Positions 24,701 to 38,145 of a stretch of DNA of 64,000 bases are shown one piece after another. Origin of the DNA: Setoptus koraiensis. Lineage: Eukaryota > Animalia > Arthropoda. Every line of letters begins with the position of its first letter. The stretch's first letter is position 1. The stretch spans positions 19,468,001 to 19,532,000 of the forward strand of contig CM106586.1 of the NCBI GenBank assembly GCA_048013815.1, read 5' to 3'. Position numbers and translations under genes: made by a program. The notes beneath the pieces were generated by a model. The model was given only the letters and a program-made list of their open reading frames with translations. It was not told the origin of the DNA and did no database searches.

Positions 24701-27407
24701 ACAGCGATGTGGTGGCAAACAATGCGCAGTTGCGTGCCCGTGGGCCGACAGTGTTGCAAGTGCACTGTTGATCTTCGCGCCACACGAACCGACAATTGAG
24801 CCACAATTGACCTGTCAAAAGTCTGTCATTTGTTTGCAAAATGAACTGACGCATCCGAGCGTCAGTTTGACACTTTGCATCATCTGTCATATGCTGTATG
24901 TGACTCACATACGTATCATGTAATGTTATTATGCAACAGCCACTGGCCGTGTCTGTGCACTGTGCACTGCGCACACTGCCATCCGCCACTCGAATCAGCG
25001 ATGCACCGACGACCGGCCGAGCCCCACTTCCTCTCTCTCGCTCGCTCGCCACATCCATCTCTATCCGTCCGGCCGGCCGGTCGGCCGGCTAGTTTGGCCC
25101 TTGCTACCGCCTGTTGCGGCACTCGTTTATCGCTCACTTGATCGCTCGCTTCATCCCTCAGTTATCCCCGACAAACTGACAGTTTAGTCCCCGACAAACT
25201 GGCACTTTACCCCAGACAAACTGTCGGTTTAGCGCTCACTTTATCCCCGATAAACTGTGTGTGTGTGTTGCAATTACATGCAATGGCTCACAACTAACAA
25301 CAAACACACTGAACGCCACTGGTCAGCGACGGCCGGCGGTAGCGTCATTAGATGACCACTGACACTCAATTGGCTCACCTGTAGCGGACGTGTCGGTGCG
25401 ACTGTTGCATCAGCAAGCGTGCCAGCGTCATCGTGTGTGTTATGTAATGGCTGCTCATGGGCTTCGCCCGATATTATGTAAACGCTGGCATCGCTCACGA
25501 AATGTGAGTCACATTGCCCGAAATGCGGGCCCAAAGGGCATTTTGGCGACACCAGCAACACTGGCCCACTGACTCGGGCCGCAGTGGCCGCAGCGGCCGA
25601 AGCATCCCGCCATTGCGCAAGCGGTAGCCAGGCAGTTGCCGACGTACGTTACGTAATGTGTCATATGGCGCCGTATTAAATGAATGGGTTGTGGGCATTG
25701 TCGCTCGGGCCAGCATGCTGACAACTTGCGAGTCAGCCGGGTTTGTCAGTTGGGCTCGCAATTGCCAATTGCGCAATTGTGTGCGCATTCTCACCGCGTT
25801 CGTCTGGTCAGTTTTTGTCGTCTGTCTGTGGCGCAAATTCGGCCAGAGACAGACAGCCAGCCAACCAACGCGGCACGCGAAACAACCAGACGGCCGACAC
25901 AACCAGACGGCCGACACGACCAGACGGCCAAGGCAACCAGACTGGCGAGACAACCAGACGGCCGAGGCGAGCAAAGATGGCCGATCGACAAACAGAGAGC
26001 GGCTAATGGGAATAGCCCGGCCAGTGCGGCTAGTCACACTGGGCTGGTCAGTGGAAATTAGAGGCTGCTGCCGGTCGGCTGGACACGATAATTATCGGGC
26101 TCAGCGAGTCTCACAGTCGGCCGACACGGACGGCAGCTCACCTTTGTTTGCGCGCCTCATGACGGTGCAATGATAATAGTGATAATAATAACGGCGCCGC
26201 TGATAATGATCAACACGGCCAACAGCAACGGTAACTCTCCCATGCTAATTCATTAGACTAATAACCTTTAAACACGGCCGCAATTGTCTTACGCAACTTG
26301 CTCTTGACTGATTGCGCTGGCCGCATTGTGGCTGCGCGCTGGCCGGGGCGCGCTGTAAATGCTGGGATAATGCCGTGTCTCGCTGATCGGCTCTGGCTCG
26401 GCTCGGCTCTGGCTATGGCGAGATATCCAACGCCAGAGCTGGACATCGCCGCGCTGGACATCGCCGCGCCGGCCAAACAGCGCCGCCGCACAAACAGATA
26501 TTTCAATTATCATTGTCTTCCTTGCGGGCTGCGGCCGCTGTCCGGCGTCCGCTCGCTTCCTATTTGTCGGGCGTCTCACCTCATCTTATCCCCTAATTTC
26601 ATGTTACGTGTGTGTGTGTGTGTGCTCATCGGCCGGTATTGTTGTGTCGTGTCTGAGAATCAGGCGATGGCTTCATTATGCGCGCCATGCAAGCACACTC
26701 ATTTAAACAGTGGCCAGCGGCTGGGAAAAGCGACCGAGCGAGATGTATCAATTAGACGTGATCTTGGCCATACCGCCGGCCCGTTGGCCCGCTGCACAAT
26801 TGGCCGGCCGGCCGGCCGGCCCGCGACGCTCGCTCGCCGCTCGACCAGCGCACTGAAATGGTACATTATGGGTAGTACAGCACACCGGCCTGTGCGGAAT
26901 GTGCAGGTCGGGACGTGTCGGTCAGCGGGTATTGGCCGGAATGTGCAAGTCGGGATGTACCGCTCGCGAGGTATCGGTCGGGATGTGGCCGCAAAGTGTA
27001 GCAAACGTAATGCCCAACTTTGGCAGTGGGCAACACAGGTACCGCCGCCGACCAACGTGATAAGTATGCGGCCATCGATTGGCAGTTGCGCTGATGTGAT
27101 TGCGATTGGCCGTTATTGGTCGGCGGCGCCGGCCAGTTTGGCGAACGGTGGCGCCGGTCAGTTTGACGAACGGTGGCGCTGGTCAGTGTGGCCAACGGTG
27201 GCGCCGGCCAAGTGCACAGTGGCCGCAGTGGCCGCAGTTGCAGCAGCGGCTTGACCGGCCCAGGAAGCAGAGCTCTGGGCCGCAATCCTAATCCAGCTTT
27301 GGCCCGCCAGAGAACTGCCGCTCACCAAAACAGGCCAACCAATTGGAGAAGATCGTCATTAGTGGCCGTATTATCAATCAGCTGACTTTTTCGCTCGCTC
27401 GCTCATT

Positions 27408-27437
27408 GTTACGTAACGTTACGTAACGTTACGTAAC
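27408..27437. repeat. (GTTACGTAAC)x3, a 30-bp perfect palindrome
   Basis: The unit is self-complementary; three perfect copies. Confidence 0.95.
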
Positions 27438-29078
27438 GGCGTTGCATGAAATGAGCATGTGATGCAAAGTTGTGTGTCAAGACTGTGTGTGTGTGTTGTA
27501 TTGGCCTTGTGTGTGTGTTACCTGGATACAGCTAACAGTAGTAACTAACTCGTAACAACACATAGAGAGTAGTGGACGTAACAGTAGTGGACGCAACAGT
27601 GGCAGACGTAACAGTGGTAGAGATCGCGTGAACGCAACACAGATGCTAATGTGTCAGTTGTTGGCCGCCGCAACAGCTGATGTTGCCCTGGGTCGCAGTG
27701 AAACAATTGATGCAACCACAACAACAACGACAACAACAGCAACTGACCATCACAGCTCACCTGTTGGCCGTCGTTGCAACTTGAACCCTTGCACAGTCTA
27801 CCGTTCGATCCGTCATTTGGCGCCCGCCAGCACAGGTGACTATGGCAACAAGTGCAGTGTGTGTACAGTTGATGCAAGTGGCCGGGACCCGAGAAAGAGC
27901 GATCACGAGAGAGTGGCGCCGAGCATGCGCTAGCACGGGGCCGTATTGCACTGGCCGTCAGTGTCGGGCATCCAGTGTATTATCCGTCGCCACTACTGTC
28001 CGCTGCATCAATCAATAGCGCACATTGTTGTTTTATCCGGCTCGATTGTTGTTGCTTGCTGTTGGCCTGTCATGACTCATTACGTAACATTGATGTTGTG
28101 TCGCTGTTGTGTGCGCGACAACCAACCAAACAAAGTGGCCAGTCGAGTGGCAAATGGCGCTAAAAAACAAATCTAGTCGCTGTTTCATTTGTTTTTGCGC
28201 CACCTCGCACCTTGTTGGCTCACCTACTTACGCTTGGCGATTTAATTTTGGCAAGCCGCTCGCAGCCAGATTAATACGTGTGATCCCAGGTAATGCGCGG
28301 CTAGACAGTTGGACGGTCAGTGGACGGTTGGTCAGTGGGACGCAGCGACAAGGTGGCAGCTGGTGAGCTTGCATGACCATCATTAGATGACCATCATTAG
28401 ATGACGGCGGTCAGTATGGCGGTCAGTATGGCCGCCAGTCATGCCTGCCAGGGTTACCGTGCCAACCATATAGGCTGCTGCGATGGGCGCTTATCGCTTG
28501 CGTAATTCTCATAATTCCTCGCTCTCTCTCAATAACAGCGACATTAACAACTGGCCACATGTTGCACTTCCTGTTTGCTGTCCACTACTGGCGCTGTCCC
28601 GCTCGATCTGCTCACAGAGTGTGCAAATCGCGCAGATTGTATCTCGGCTGTATCAATCATCATCGTGCAGCGAGCGAGCGAGATTATTGAGCTCATCTCG
28701 TGTTGTCATGACGTAACATTGATGATGATAGTTTGGCGCGACTCATGTTTTCGCGGTTGCAACTGTTATACGCCGTTGTACTTACAAGTGTTAGAAGTGT
28801 GCTGTTACAAGCTGTTGTGCTGTTGTAATAACGACTCCAATTAGCCCAGAGGTCGCCACCTCGGCATCAAGGCACCAAGGTAGAGCGGAAGTGCCAGCTA
28901 AAATTGCGCGCCAAATAAAATGCGTGGGATTAATTGATTGACCGACAGCCATTGCCATGATCGGCTGACTGGGTGCTGACGATGATGATGATGTTTCAAT
29001 GTTACTCGCCGCATGGTGCTGCAATCAATGCTAATCTCGCTCATCTCGATGTTGTGCGATGTTCGATGAGCGATAAAT

Positions 29079-29141
29079 CTCGGGCGACTCGGGCGACTCG
29101 GGCGACTCGGGCGACTCGGGCGACTCGGGCGACTCGAGCGA
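29079..29141. repeat. 9-bp tandem repeat x7 (CTCGGGCGA)
   Basis: Six perfect copies plus CTCGAGCGA. Confidence 0.95.
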
Positions 29142-31695
29142 CGCTCGAGAGTCTAGACAGACGAACGGACGAATCGTCTCATTATCGTCTGACAGTAACA
29201 GTTATGTTAATAATTAACAGGGTTGCTCATGCTACGCAACAATCAATATGCCGCCGTGTTACGTAACTACGCCTCTATTGCAGTGCTGATGCAGTGAGAA
29301 TGCTCGCCTCCAATCGCTCACATCCTGTCAGCGACACAATCACTTCTGGGTCTCGCGCTTAATACGCTGTTGCGAGCCCACTTGAACTGATCTCCTCATT
29401 GCGTAATCTCATGTTACATGAGTCATGTAACATTTATGTTAGTGCTCTCGTGATGCAACTACCTTACGTTACGTAAGCTTACGAAAGCGTACGTAAGTTA
29501 CGCAAGTTACGCAAGTTACGTGTATCTCGTACTAGTATGTACTGTGTAAAGTAAGTACAGTGTAAAGTGTCTTGCGCAAAGTCTTGTATGGGGTGATCTT
29601 GTATCACGAGATTGCATTATTAACACATAAATTTATTGTGCACGCGCTTTTTGCCACTACTTTGCGCATTCCGCGTTGTTCGAGCGTCTCTTTTTAATTA
29701 GTAACATTGTAATTGGTGATACGATAACATGGAACCAATGAATTGTGTGCCTATGAATGCTATGACCTAATCAATTGCTATCATTATCATCATACCAATT
29801 ATAATTGATATGATGCCTTACCAATTGAGCCAATTCAAGACAATACAATCTGTTCAGTCCCAATACAGGCCCATTATCGATCAATTTGCACTTCCGGTTT
29901 TGCATGCGCTTCCGGTGGCCCCGACTACATCTTGTGTGTACTAATAGTACGCAATGCGCATACAGATACAGCCCGATCACTATTTTTATTTTATTTTATT
30001 TTATTTTTGAATAATTATTGTTTTTAAGCATGCGCACTAGCCAATGATCACTGACAAGTCGGCTGACACATTGTAACATTGCACATCAGTTGCAATGACT
30101 ACGGTGCTCGGTGACTAACCTATTGTAACTAATGTGTAACTAATAATGTTATAAATCATTATTGAGCAGCTAACAATGTGCTTGCAAGGTGTTACGTCAC
30201 AACGAAGGTCGTGCGATAAACGATGTGCTTATACAATAATCTTTTCAAGTTATTGTATTATGCAACAGATGCAACTGTGCTCAAGTATGCGCCAGCATTG
30301 TTTTGGCGCGACAATTTCATCTGTTTGCCAGTCATCAATATTGGCCAACAACGATCAAGGTGACCAACAACAAAACTATTACCATACGCGACTCGTATGA
30401 TACGAGAGCACTGGCCAGCATTGACGCCAATACGCCATTGACTTTGGAGATTGGCCAGTAATTTTAATTATTGCATTATTGTTACATTGTATCGCGCGAA
30501 AGTCAACTTACTGCTTAAAGTTAACTTACAACTCGTTAGTCAGTTGTTGTGCCATCGGTTGTTGCGCCCTCTGACACCGATGGGGCGCACCAGTAGGCCA
30601 GACGATCTTGGATCTGACACACGATTTTGCATACAATTGTGATCAGATAAGAGTCTCATCGGGCTTAATTAGGCTCGACTAATTAAAGATCGTATCTGAT
30701 CTGTGATGGCGCCAAAGCTAGCATGAGATGAACGCAAAAAACAATGAATTCACTACTTTTTTGTGACGCGCACATTTCTGCACAAACTAACGCCAGGTAC
30801 GGTGGACAAGATTCGGCTTGATTGGCTTTTGAGCGGCGAGCCATGCGAATTAATGCGATATTCATCATTGTCTGGCGCGATCACCAAACGAGCACGAGCT
30901 GGCCCGAGTATCGCCATCAAATAAAAATCGGTTAAACAGAGAGAGAGAGAGAGAGAGCGACGGCTTCACCTTTTCACCGCGCGTTTACCTGTGTACGATT
31001 GTGCAATTGAGCATTGTCGCTGTTAATTAAAAAACATGACACACAATGGCAATGAGAGAGAGAGAGAGAGACGCAAAATGCAAAATGCAAAATACAAAAT
31101 GCAATTTCGGTTGATCAACTCAGAATGCAAAACAGCCAGCGCATTGGCACACGGAACACGGTTGTCATTGTTGTTGCCAGTGACTCTATTTTACACTGAC
31201 ACAATGGCATTCTTCTGGCCCTCATTAGACAGCCTTGCCTTGCACAAGTGAGATTAAGAGAAAGCGCGAGAAAATCGTGATTTATCCATTTATCCATGCA
31301 TAATAATTATACGCATAATATTACGCAACGCATTATTAGTTATTAGTTGTTAGTTGGCTCACTTGTGTGACCTCCAGTGACAAACTCACTCGCACATCGT
31401 TCATAATTGGCTGCCGCTTGGCATTGGCATAATTAGTTGTGAGTCGCAAGTTTTGGGATGAAACATGTGAATGTATTAATATGATGATATTTGTATGATA
31501 TACACGGTGATGTACGGCCAAAATGAAAAATATCAGCCGAGGCAAAATTGTGTGATAGCAAAGAGAGGATGTTGAACGAAAATTTGCCATCAGCCAACCG
31601 AAATTGCGATTGTTGCGCCAGCAATCGATTGGACAAACTAATCAAGGTCCCGTCGCACGGTAACGCGCTTCATTATACCAAGCGTCCGGTGTGTC

Positions 31696-31757
31696 GGCAT
31701 TAATTGGGTATTGCCTGGTTATACTGGGCATTAATTGGGTATTGCCTGGTTATACTG
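31696..31757. repeat. 31-bp perfect direct duplication
   Basis: GGCATTAATTGGGTATTGCCTGGTTATACTG x2. Confidence 0.95.
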
Positions 31758-33499
31758 GGCATTTTATTGGGCATCGTGTCGGGCATTATACGCGAGAGCT
31801 GGCCAGGCGTTCATCGGTTGCATGAATCGCCAGTTGGCGATAAGTTAAAATATAAATAAATACAAGCTCTTGGGCCACCTACCGGACAGTTTACATCTGG
31901 CGTTTGTTCAAAAACAAAATTTCAAGTTTTTGACAAACACTTGTGAGTTTGGGCACAACCAACACCGGCTAAATTGGCCCTATTTCAGCGGACAGCACCT
32001 GCCGCCCATTGTGGCACCGAATGGGCGAGCTTCTCATTATTCTCAAGGATTGTTTATAATTGTTGCGAATAATGAGAGGCTCTCGCAACAAGTGGTCGCG
32101 CGAACAATAGCAACTCTCCAATCTATTAAACTGCTTCATGCCATGTGAAATTCACAGTGTGACTGCCACTTGTTGCATTGGCAAATGCGATTGCTCGACG
32201 CGATCGGCCTTGTCCACTTATTATTGTTAATGTTTGTTTTGATGCTTGTTTGATTCATCTCTGATTTGATTTGATCCTCTGATTGTCGGACTGTGATGAG
32301 CAACGAACGGCGCCCAGAAATGCACAATAAAACACAATGACCGGTGACCACTGACGTCCTCTGACGCGCTTTTGATTGGTCTTTGTCTCAGGATAAACTG
32401 ATTTAGCCAGAAACAAAATCAACGTTTATCCAACAAAATCAACGTTTATCACTCAATTTGGCCGTCACTGTTCATTGAACACTATTACTGTAATAGTATT
32501 ACAGTAATACTATTACAGGTCTGTCAATATCATCACTGGCCAACGATGATTGGGCACAATGCCACCAATGGCCGCTGTTGTGTGATGAGTAACGCTGCTC
32601 ATCCGCAATCATATCGGCGAATAATCCTCTTATCGTCTGATTATTAATACCTGGCCATTGGCCCGATTATGCTAGCCGAAATTGCTGATTATTCGCCGTC
32701 GACTAATCAGATCAAATTTTAATTCCAAGTCAAACAACAGACATAATAGAATTGGTTTACGTGATAAGTCCGCAGCAAGTGTCTTCGATTGGACACGCAA
32801 GCAGACAAACAGAGGGCCAATTATGGCATCATTACATCCATTTCCCATAAAGATCGGGCGGATATTTTGTGCCGGCAGCTTCATTCACACAGCCAACTAT
32901 CTCGAGTGACGTAATGCATTTAAATGAAATTAAATGCCAATGCAAAGCAGCTATGCACTCTCGCTGTAAAAGTATCTGGCGAAATTCAAGGCAGCAAATA
33001 ACGGTTATTTGCTAGCTATTTGCCAGTTTTTTGCTTTGAATTAATGTTGACTTACAAAGAAGAATTGCCCGTACATTCGCGAACATCATCCAATAGCATC
33101 ATCCGAAAAAATCATCCAAGTCCAAACAAAATCACCTGTCGTTGGCAAAAGGCTTATGCTAATTGCCAATCGACCATTGTGTGACCATCGCCACTGATTG
33201 GCCAGTTGCTTACGTAACAATCGCAACGGTTGATCGATCTAAATCGGCCAGCTTCAATTGTGCATATGCAAAGTTTAATTGAATGGGGCACAATGGTCGT
33301 TATCCGCTCTCGCTAGATGACGCTCAGATTACGCTCAGATTACGATTAGATTGCGATTAGATTAATGCATGATGGAGACACAAACAATAACATAAAATAA
33401 TGATTGCAATAATTGATTTATCTCATTTCATCCAAACCCAAACCCATTCCGTCTGGCCCTATCGGATAAAACGATTCGAATAAAACAATAGCCGGCACG

Positions 33500-36400
33500 A
33501 TGGCCTCAGTGAGTCTCGTTTATTTGGTTGCCGTTGTGGCGCTTAGTGCGACCTCGATCAACGGTCAATCGCGATCGACAGAAAACGGTGCAAACAATGG
33601 CGTAGGCAAGACCAATCAGGCAACACAAGGAAACAATGTCAACAATAACAAACAACAAGTACAACAACCGTTAGATAATGAGAATAACAATTACGTTACG
33701 CAATGGGGCGGCTTCAGTCCGGCCAGACAGCGCGAATTCAACATGATGCGACAGTCGCTCGATGCAGCCATCAACAGTGCAATATTTTCCGACGGCCCAG
33801 TGGCACCGTCATCGGGGTCGCCACGAGCAACAAGTGGCGACACAAGCGGCCAGCGAGACACGTGGTCGCCCATAATCAATCCTGCCAACAATAATAACAA
33901 CAACTCGCCCATCAGCCAGATGCAGTCCGAGATGAACAATCTAGAGACCGACAGCGATCTAGAGATGAACAATTTGCAGCAGCAGCAACAGCAGCAATCG
34001 TTTGATACGCAAACAAGCGGGCCCATGAATTCCGCGCTCAATCAACCGGAAGAGGTCGCTTTTGGACAGCAGCAACTGTTCAATAACGACACTGCTGCTT
34101 CATCGATGCAACAGGACAACTCGAGTGCACAATCTGACGGCGCGATTCTGGCGAACAATCGTCAGCAGCAGCCAGTTCAACAACAACAACAGCAACAACA
34201 ACAGCAAAGAAACAATTCTCGCCGGATAAACGATCTGCAACCGGCTCAGCAGTTCGTTGGCGGCAACGGCAACAATAACGGCAAACAGTCGACGGTCATG
34301 ATGCGTCTACCCGCAACCGTCAATCAGTCCACCAATTCCATGTCGATGAATATCAACGGTATTATTGTCAACAGCCGACCGAGACAGTCGCCGGCCTCCA
34401 AAACTAACGCAGCGAGCGTGCAAAGCGAAACGGCGCCCCCTAGCGGCCAGGCCAGCAACGGCGGCAGCGGCGGCAGCAGCAGCGTTGAGGGTGACTCGGC
34501 AGCGACAAACAAACCGAACAACAACAAATCGCAACAGCCACCGACAGGGGGACAGGCCCTGTTCAGCCGGGATCAGCAACAGCAGCCCCTGTTGCAGTTC
34601 ACCTCGCCAGTGGCCAAGATAAACAACATGAAAAATAGCATGCGTCAATTGCAACAAAGCGAGCCCGTCATCATGAGAGATCTCGAGAAGTCGTTCAAGA
34701 TGATATCTAGCGGCCAGCAGATGCAGCAGGACATGAACAGTCACCTGAACGACGGCTTCGACGAGGAGCCGCAACAGGTGAGGGAGCAGCCGCAGCAGCA
34801 GCAGCAGTTTGCAATTGGTCAGCAGTCGGGCAAGCCCAAGAGCAACGCCAGAATGATATTCATATCGCGCGAAGCCATGGAGTTGATGCAGCAAAATCTG
34901 CAGGGCCTCAGCAAGAGGCTGCAGCAGCAACAACAACAACAACAACAACAGCAACAACAACAACAACAGCAGCAGCAGCAACAACAACAGCAGCAGCAAG
35001 CGACCAAGGGGGCCCGCTTCTCGACCGGAAATGGGGCCCAATTCGGAGGTGTGTTCCAGCAGCAACAGCAGCGGGAACAGCCAGCGAGACAGCAACCGAG
35101 CGACTTTGTGCAGCAGATCAGAGACAACCAATTCGGCCTGGTTGCCAACAACAACAACAACAACAACAACGATCTCGGGCCGCAGCGAGACTTCGGGCCG
35201 GCCAATCAAGCGGGCCGCGCCAAAGGCGCGGCCGGTCAGCAGCAGCCGATGATGGGCGCCGCCATGTCGAGCCTGCTGGACAACGGCGACATGAGCGGCA
35301 TGGGCGCCAGGGACGAACAACAACCGAGCACCACCACCACCATGGACAGCAACAACTTTTTGATGGACGTCAATCAACAGCAGCAACAGCAACAAATGAT
35401 GAGCGGCCCGCAGCCGGGCGGCATATCCGACTCTAACGTGGGCGGTCTGTTTGGCCCGGGCAACTCGGAATCGGGCGCCGGCCAGTTCTTTCAAGAGCAA
35501 GACCGGCCCGTCGAGACGATGACTTCGTCCCTGGCACCAGCGCCATCTGATTTCGGCCCGGCCAACAGCAACCTGAACGGCAACAGTGTCATCAACGACA
35601 ACAACAACGTCCAGATGACCATTGCCTCGGACAACAACCGAAACAGCAACAACAACAACAACTCACTCGGTCAACAACCGTTGTCCAACAACAAACAATC
35701 GGAGCAGCAGCAGCAACAACAACCGACCGCATCGCCGGCAGTGTCCGGCAGCGCCGGCAGGGGCCCGGCGGAAAGTGTTGCGGCGGACTTGTCGCAACAG
35801 ACCACGCCAAGCCAGTCGTTGGACGTGGGCGACGAGATGGTGCAAGTGCAACAGCAACAAACAACATCCATGCCGTTCATTATGCAGGCCCAAACAACAG
35901 GTGATTTGGCGCCGTCGACGATGTTTGTGTCGCCGTTCCAGTCGGCGACTAGCGGTCAGTTTCGCGGCAATAACGATGCCACATTGGCCACAACAGCACA
36001 ACAATTGGCGGCAACAGCGCCCACAACAACAGCAACCGCGGTCACCCAGCAGTCGACGGCAACTTCGGACGGCTTTGGGGCGCCCACGACAGCGGGCGCG
36101 CTAGATCAGCAGCAGCAGCAGCAAAAACAGAGCGACGTCGATAACGCCTTCAGAGAGGTTCCGGTGTCGTCGACAATCAGTCCGGCGTTTTCGTCGACAA
36201 CGAGCGCCGGTCAGCAGACGGCGGCCAACAACTCGAAACAGCAACAGACAACCGTGTTTGGCAAAGAATCTGCCGGCAAGCCAGCTAACGGTAAGCAGGC
36301 CAAGAAAACCGTTTCGTCTCTGTCGCAAAAGCAGCCACAAACAACCGGAAGTGGCAGCAGCAACAAGTCACCGTCGCGACAATCGCCCAGCAAGAGTGCC

Positions 36401-38101
36401 AGATCTAAATCGAGCGCCAGTAACGGCGCCACGCCAGCCAGTGCTGGTCAGCAGTTCCAGCAGCAGCAGAAACAAAACAGCAACCTAGACAGAATAGAGC
36501 GGCCCAAGTCGTCGTCCTCCTCCTCAGCACCTAGTTCCTCTTCAAGCCAAACAAACAAGCAGGCGACAACCGCAAACGGCAAGTCCAACGGCAAACAAAG
36601 TTCGCCCAACAGCTCAGCCAATAATTCAACCGGAAATCAGAGATCAGCCGCAGCCAATGGAAACAATGGACAAAAATCGCTCGCTAAGAGCAACAAAAAC
36701 GGATCGTCGCCAGTTGCTGTGGCAAAGTCACAAGCGTCCAATGGAAAACAATCGGCGAGCAACAACGGAAACAGACAACGACAAGACAGCGCCGCCAAGC
36801 AGGTTGCCGCAAACGGCAAGAGTGGCCAAGCTAAGAACTCCGGCTTAAAATCAAATAACAAATCTTCTTCGGGCACCAAAAGCAAGCCAACAAAACCGGC
36901 CGTCACCATGAATCAATTTTTTGAGTCGCCCACCACCACGCTAGCGCCCTCGTTCACATCAACTCTGTCGGCGACAACAAGCACCCAACCAAACGAGATG
37001 TCATCGACTTTATTTGGCGAAGTTCCGGTCAGCCAGTCGGCGATCACGAACCAAGATTTGGGCCCATCGACTTCAGCTAACGGTCTGTTTGGACCGGTCA
37101 CAACGACCACATCGACGGTAACGACAATGTCAGACAAGCAGCAGCAGCAGCAGCAGGATTATGCAACAAGCGAGCAGCCAGCCAACATGATGGCAGCTCA
37201 ACGAGATTCCGATGTGACGACGCAATTGGGCAGCAAGAAAAGAATCGGATCCGTGATGACCAACGGTCAAGCGTTGCGAACGTCGTCGCCGCTGGCCAAC
37301 ATGCTGCGAGAACAGGCGAAGGTGTCGACAGGCGAGGACTACAGTAACAACAGTAATCAGAAATCAACAAAAACTCCAAGTCAGAGGGCCGGCGCGAAAT
37401 TTTCGCAGCCAGCCAGATCGGGCGCCGGCTCGGGCTGGTCGGCCAGCAGCGAGCCAGCAAGACAAAACAACAACAACAACATTATCAACAACAACAACAA
37501 CAAATTTGTCGAGACGGGCGCGGAATTCACCACAACAAGCGGCGACATGATGTTGGCCAATCAGCTCGGCAACGGTGGGCCCATCAACAGTCAATTTGAC
37601 CAGGGCGATTCAGCCTTTTTCATGGCACCCGCCAACAGCATGATGATGCGCCAGCAGCAACAGCAACAGCAGCAGTCGAGCACCACCGAGCGCAACAATT
37701 TCAACGACAATAACCTGATGAGCTCAAGAGGAATCACAAACAACAACATAATGGGTGATAATGGCGACTCTATGATTTCGGAAAACGACAATCAGTTGGA
37801 CAATATAAGCGCGCTCAGATTGTCGATACCCGGCGAACCGGAACAGGATTACCCCATCTACAGTAGTGCCCCAAAGACGTCGTTTAGTTGCGCCAGTCAA
37901 TCGTGCCCAGGCGGATATTATGCCGATTTGGAGAGCAAATGTCAGGCGTTTCACATTTGTCAGGCGGACGGCCGCTCGGACACATTCCTATGTCCGAACG
38001 GTACAATATTTAGTCAGCAACATTTTGTTTGTGTCTGGTGGTGGCAAGTGGACTGTCAGCAATCCAGGCAATTTTATCGTTTGAACGACGACATATACTG
38101 C

Positions 38102-38145
<44 letters not shown>

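Noticed and set aside
26298-27254. 318-aa plus-strand ORF
   Set aside because: Arg/Ala/Cys-rich, crosses (GT)n and (GGCC)n repeats, no recognisable family; explained by low stop-codon density.
16100-31070. Polycomb response element suggested by (GA)n, (GT)n and GCCAT words
   Set aside because: These words are common throughout this microsatellite-rich DNA, and I could not see a distinct local cluster above background.
6600-33400. Conserved arthropod miRNA genes in the desert or the K2P intron
   Set aside because: I compared by eye with remembered mature sequences (bantam, let-7, miR-1, -2, -7, -8, -9, -10, -71, -124, -184, -279 and others) and saw no match. A real miRBase/Infernal search is needed to exclude them.
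34307-35500. 397-aa minus-strand poly-Leu ORF
   Set aside because: Antisense shadow of the poly-Gln codons in the 33500-38587 gene.
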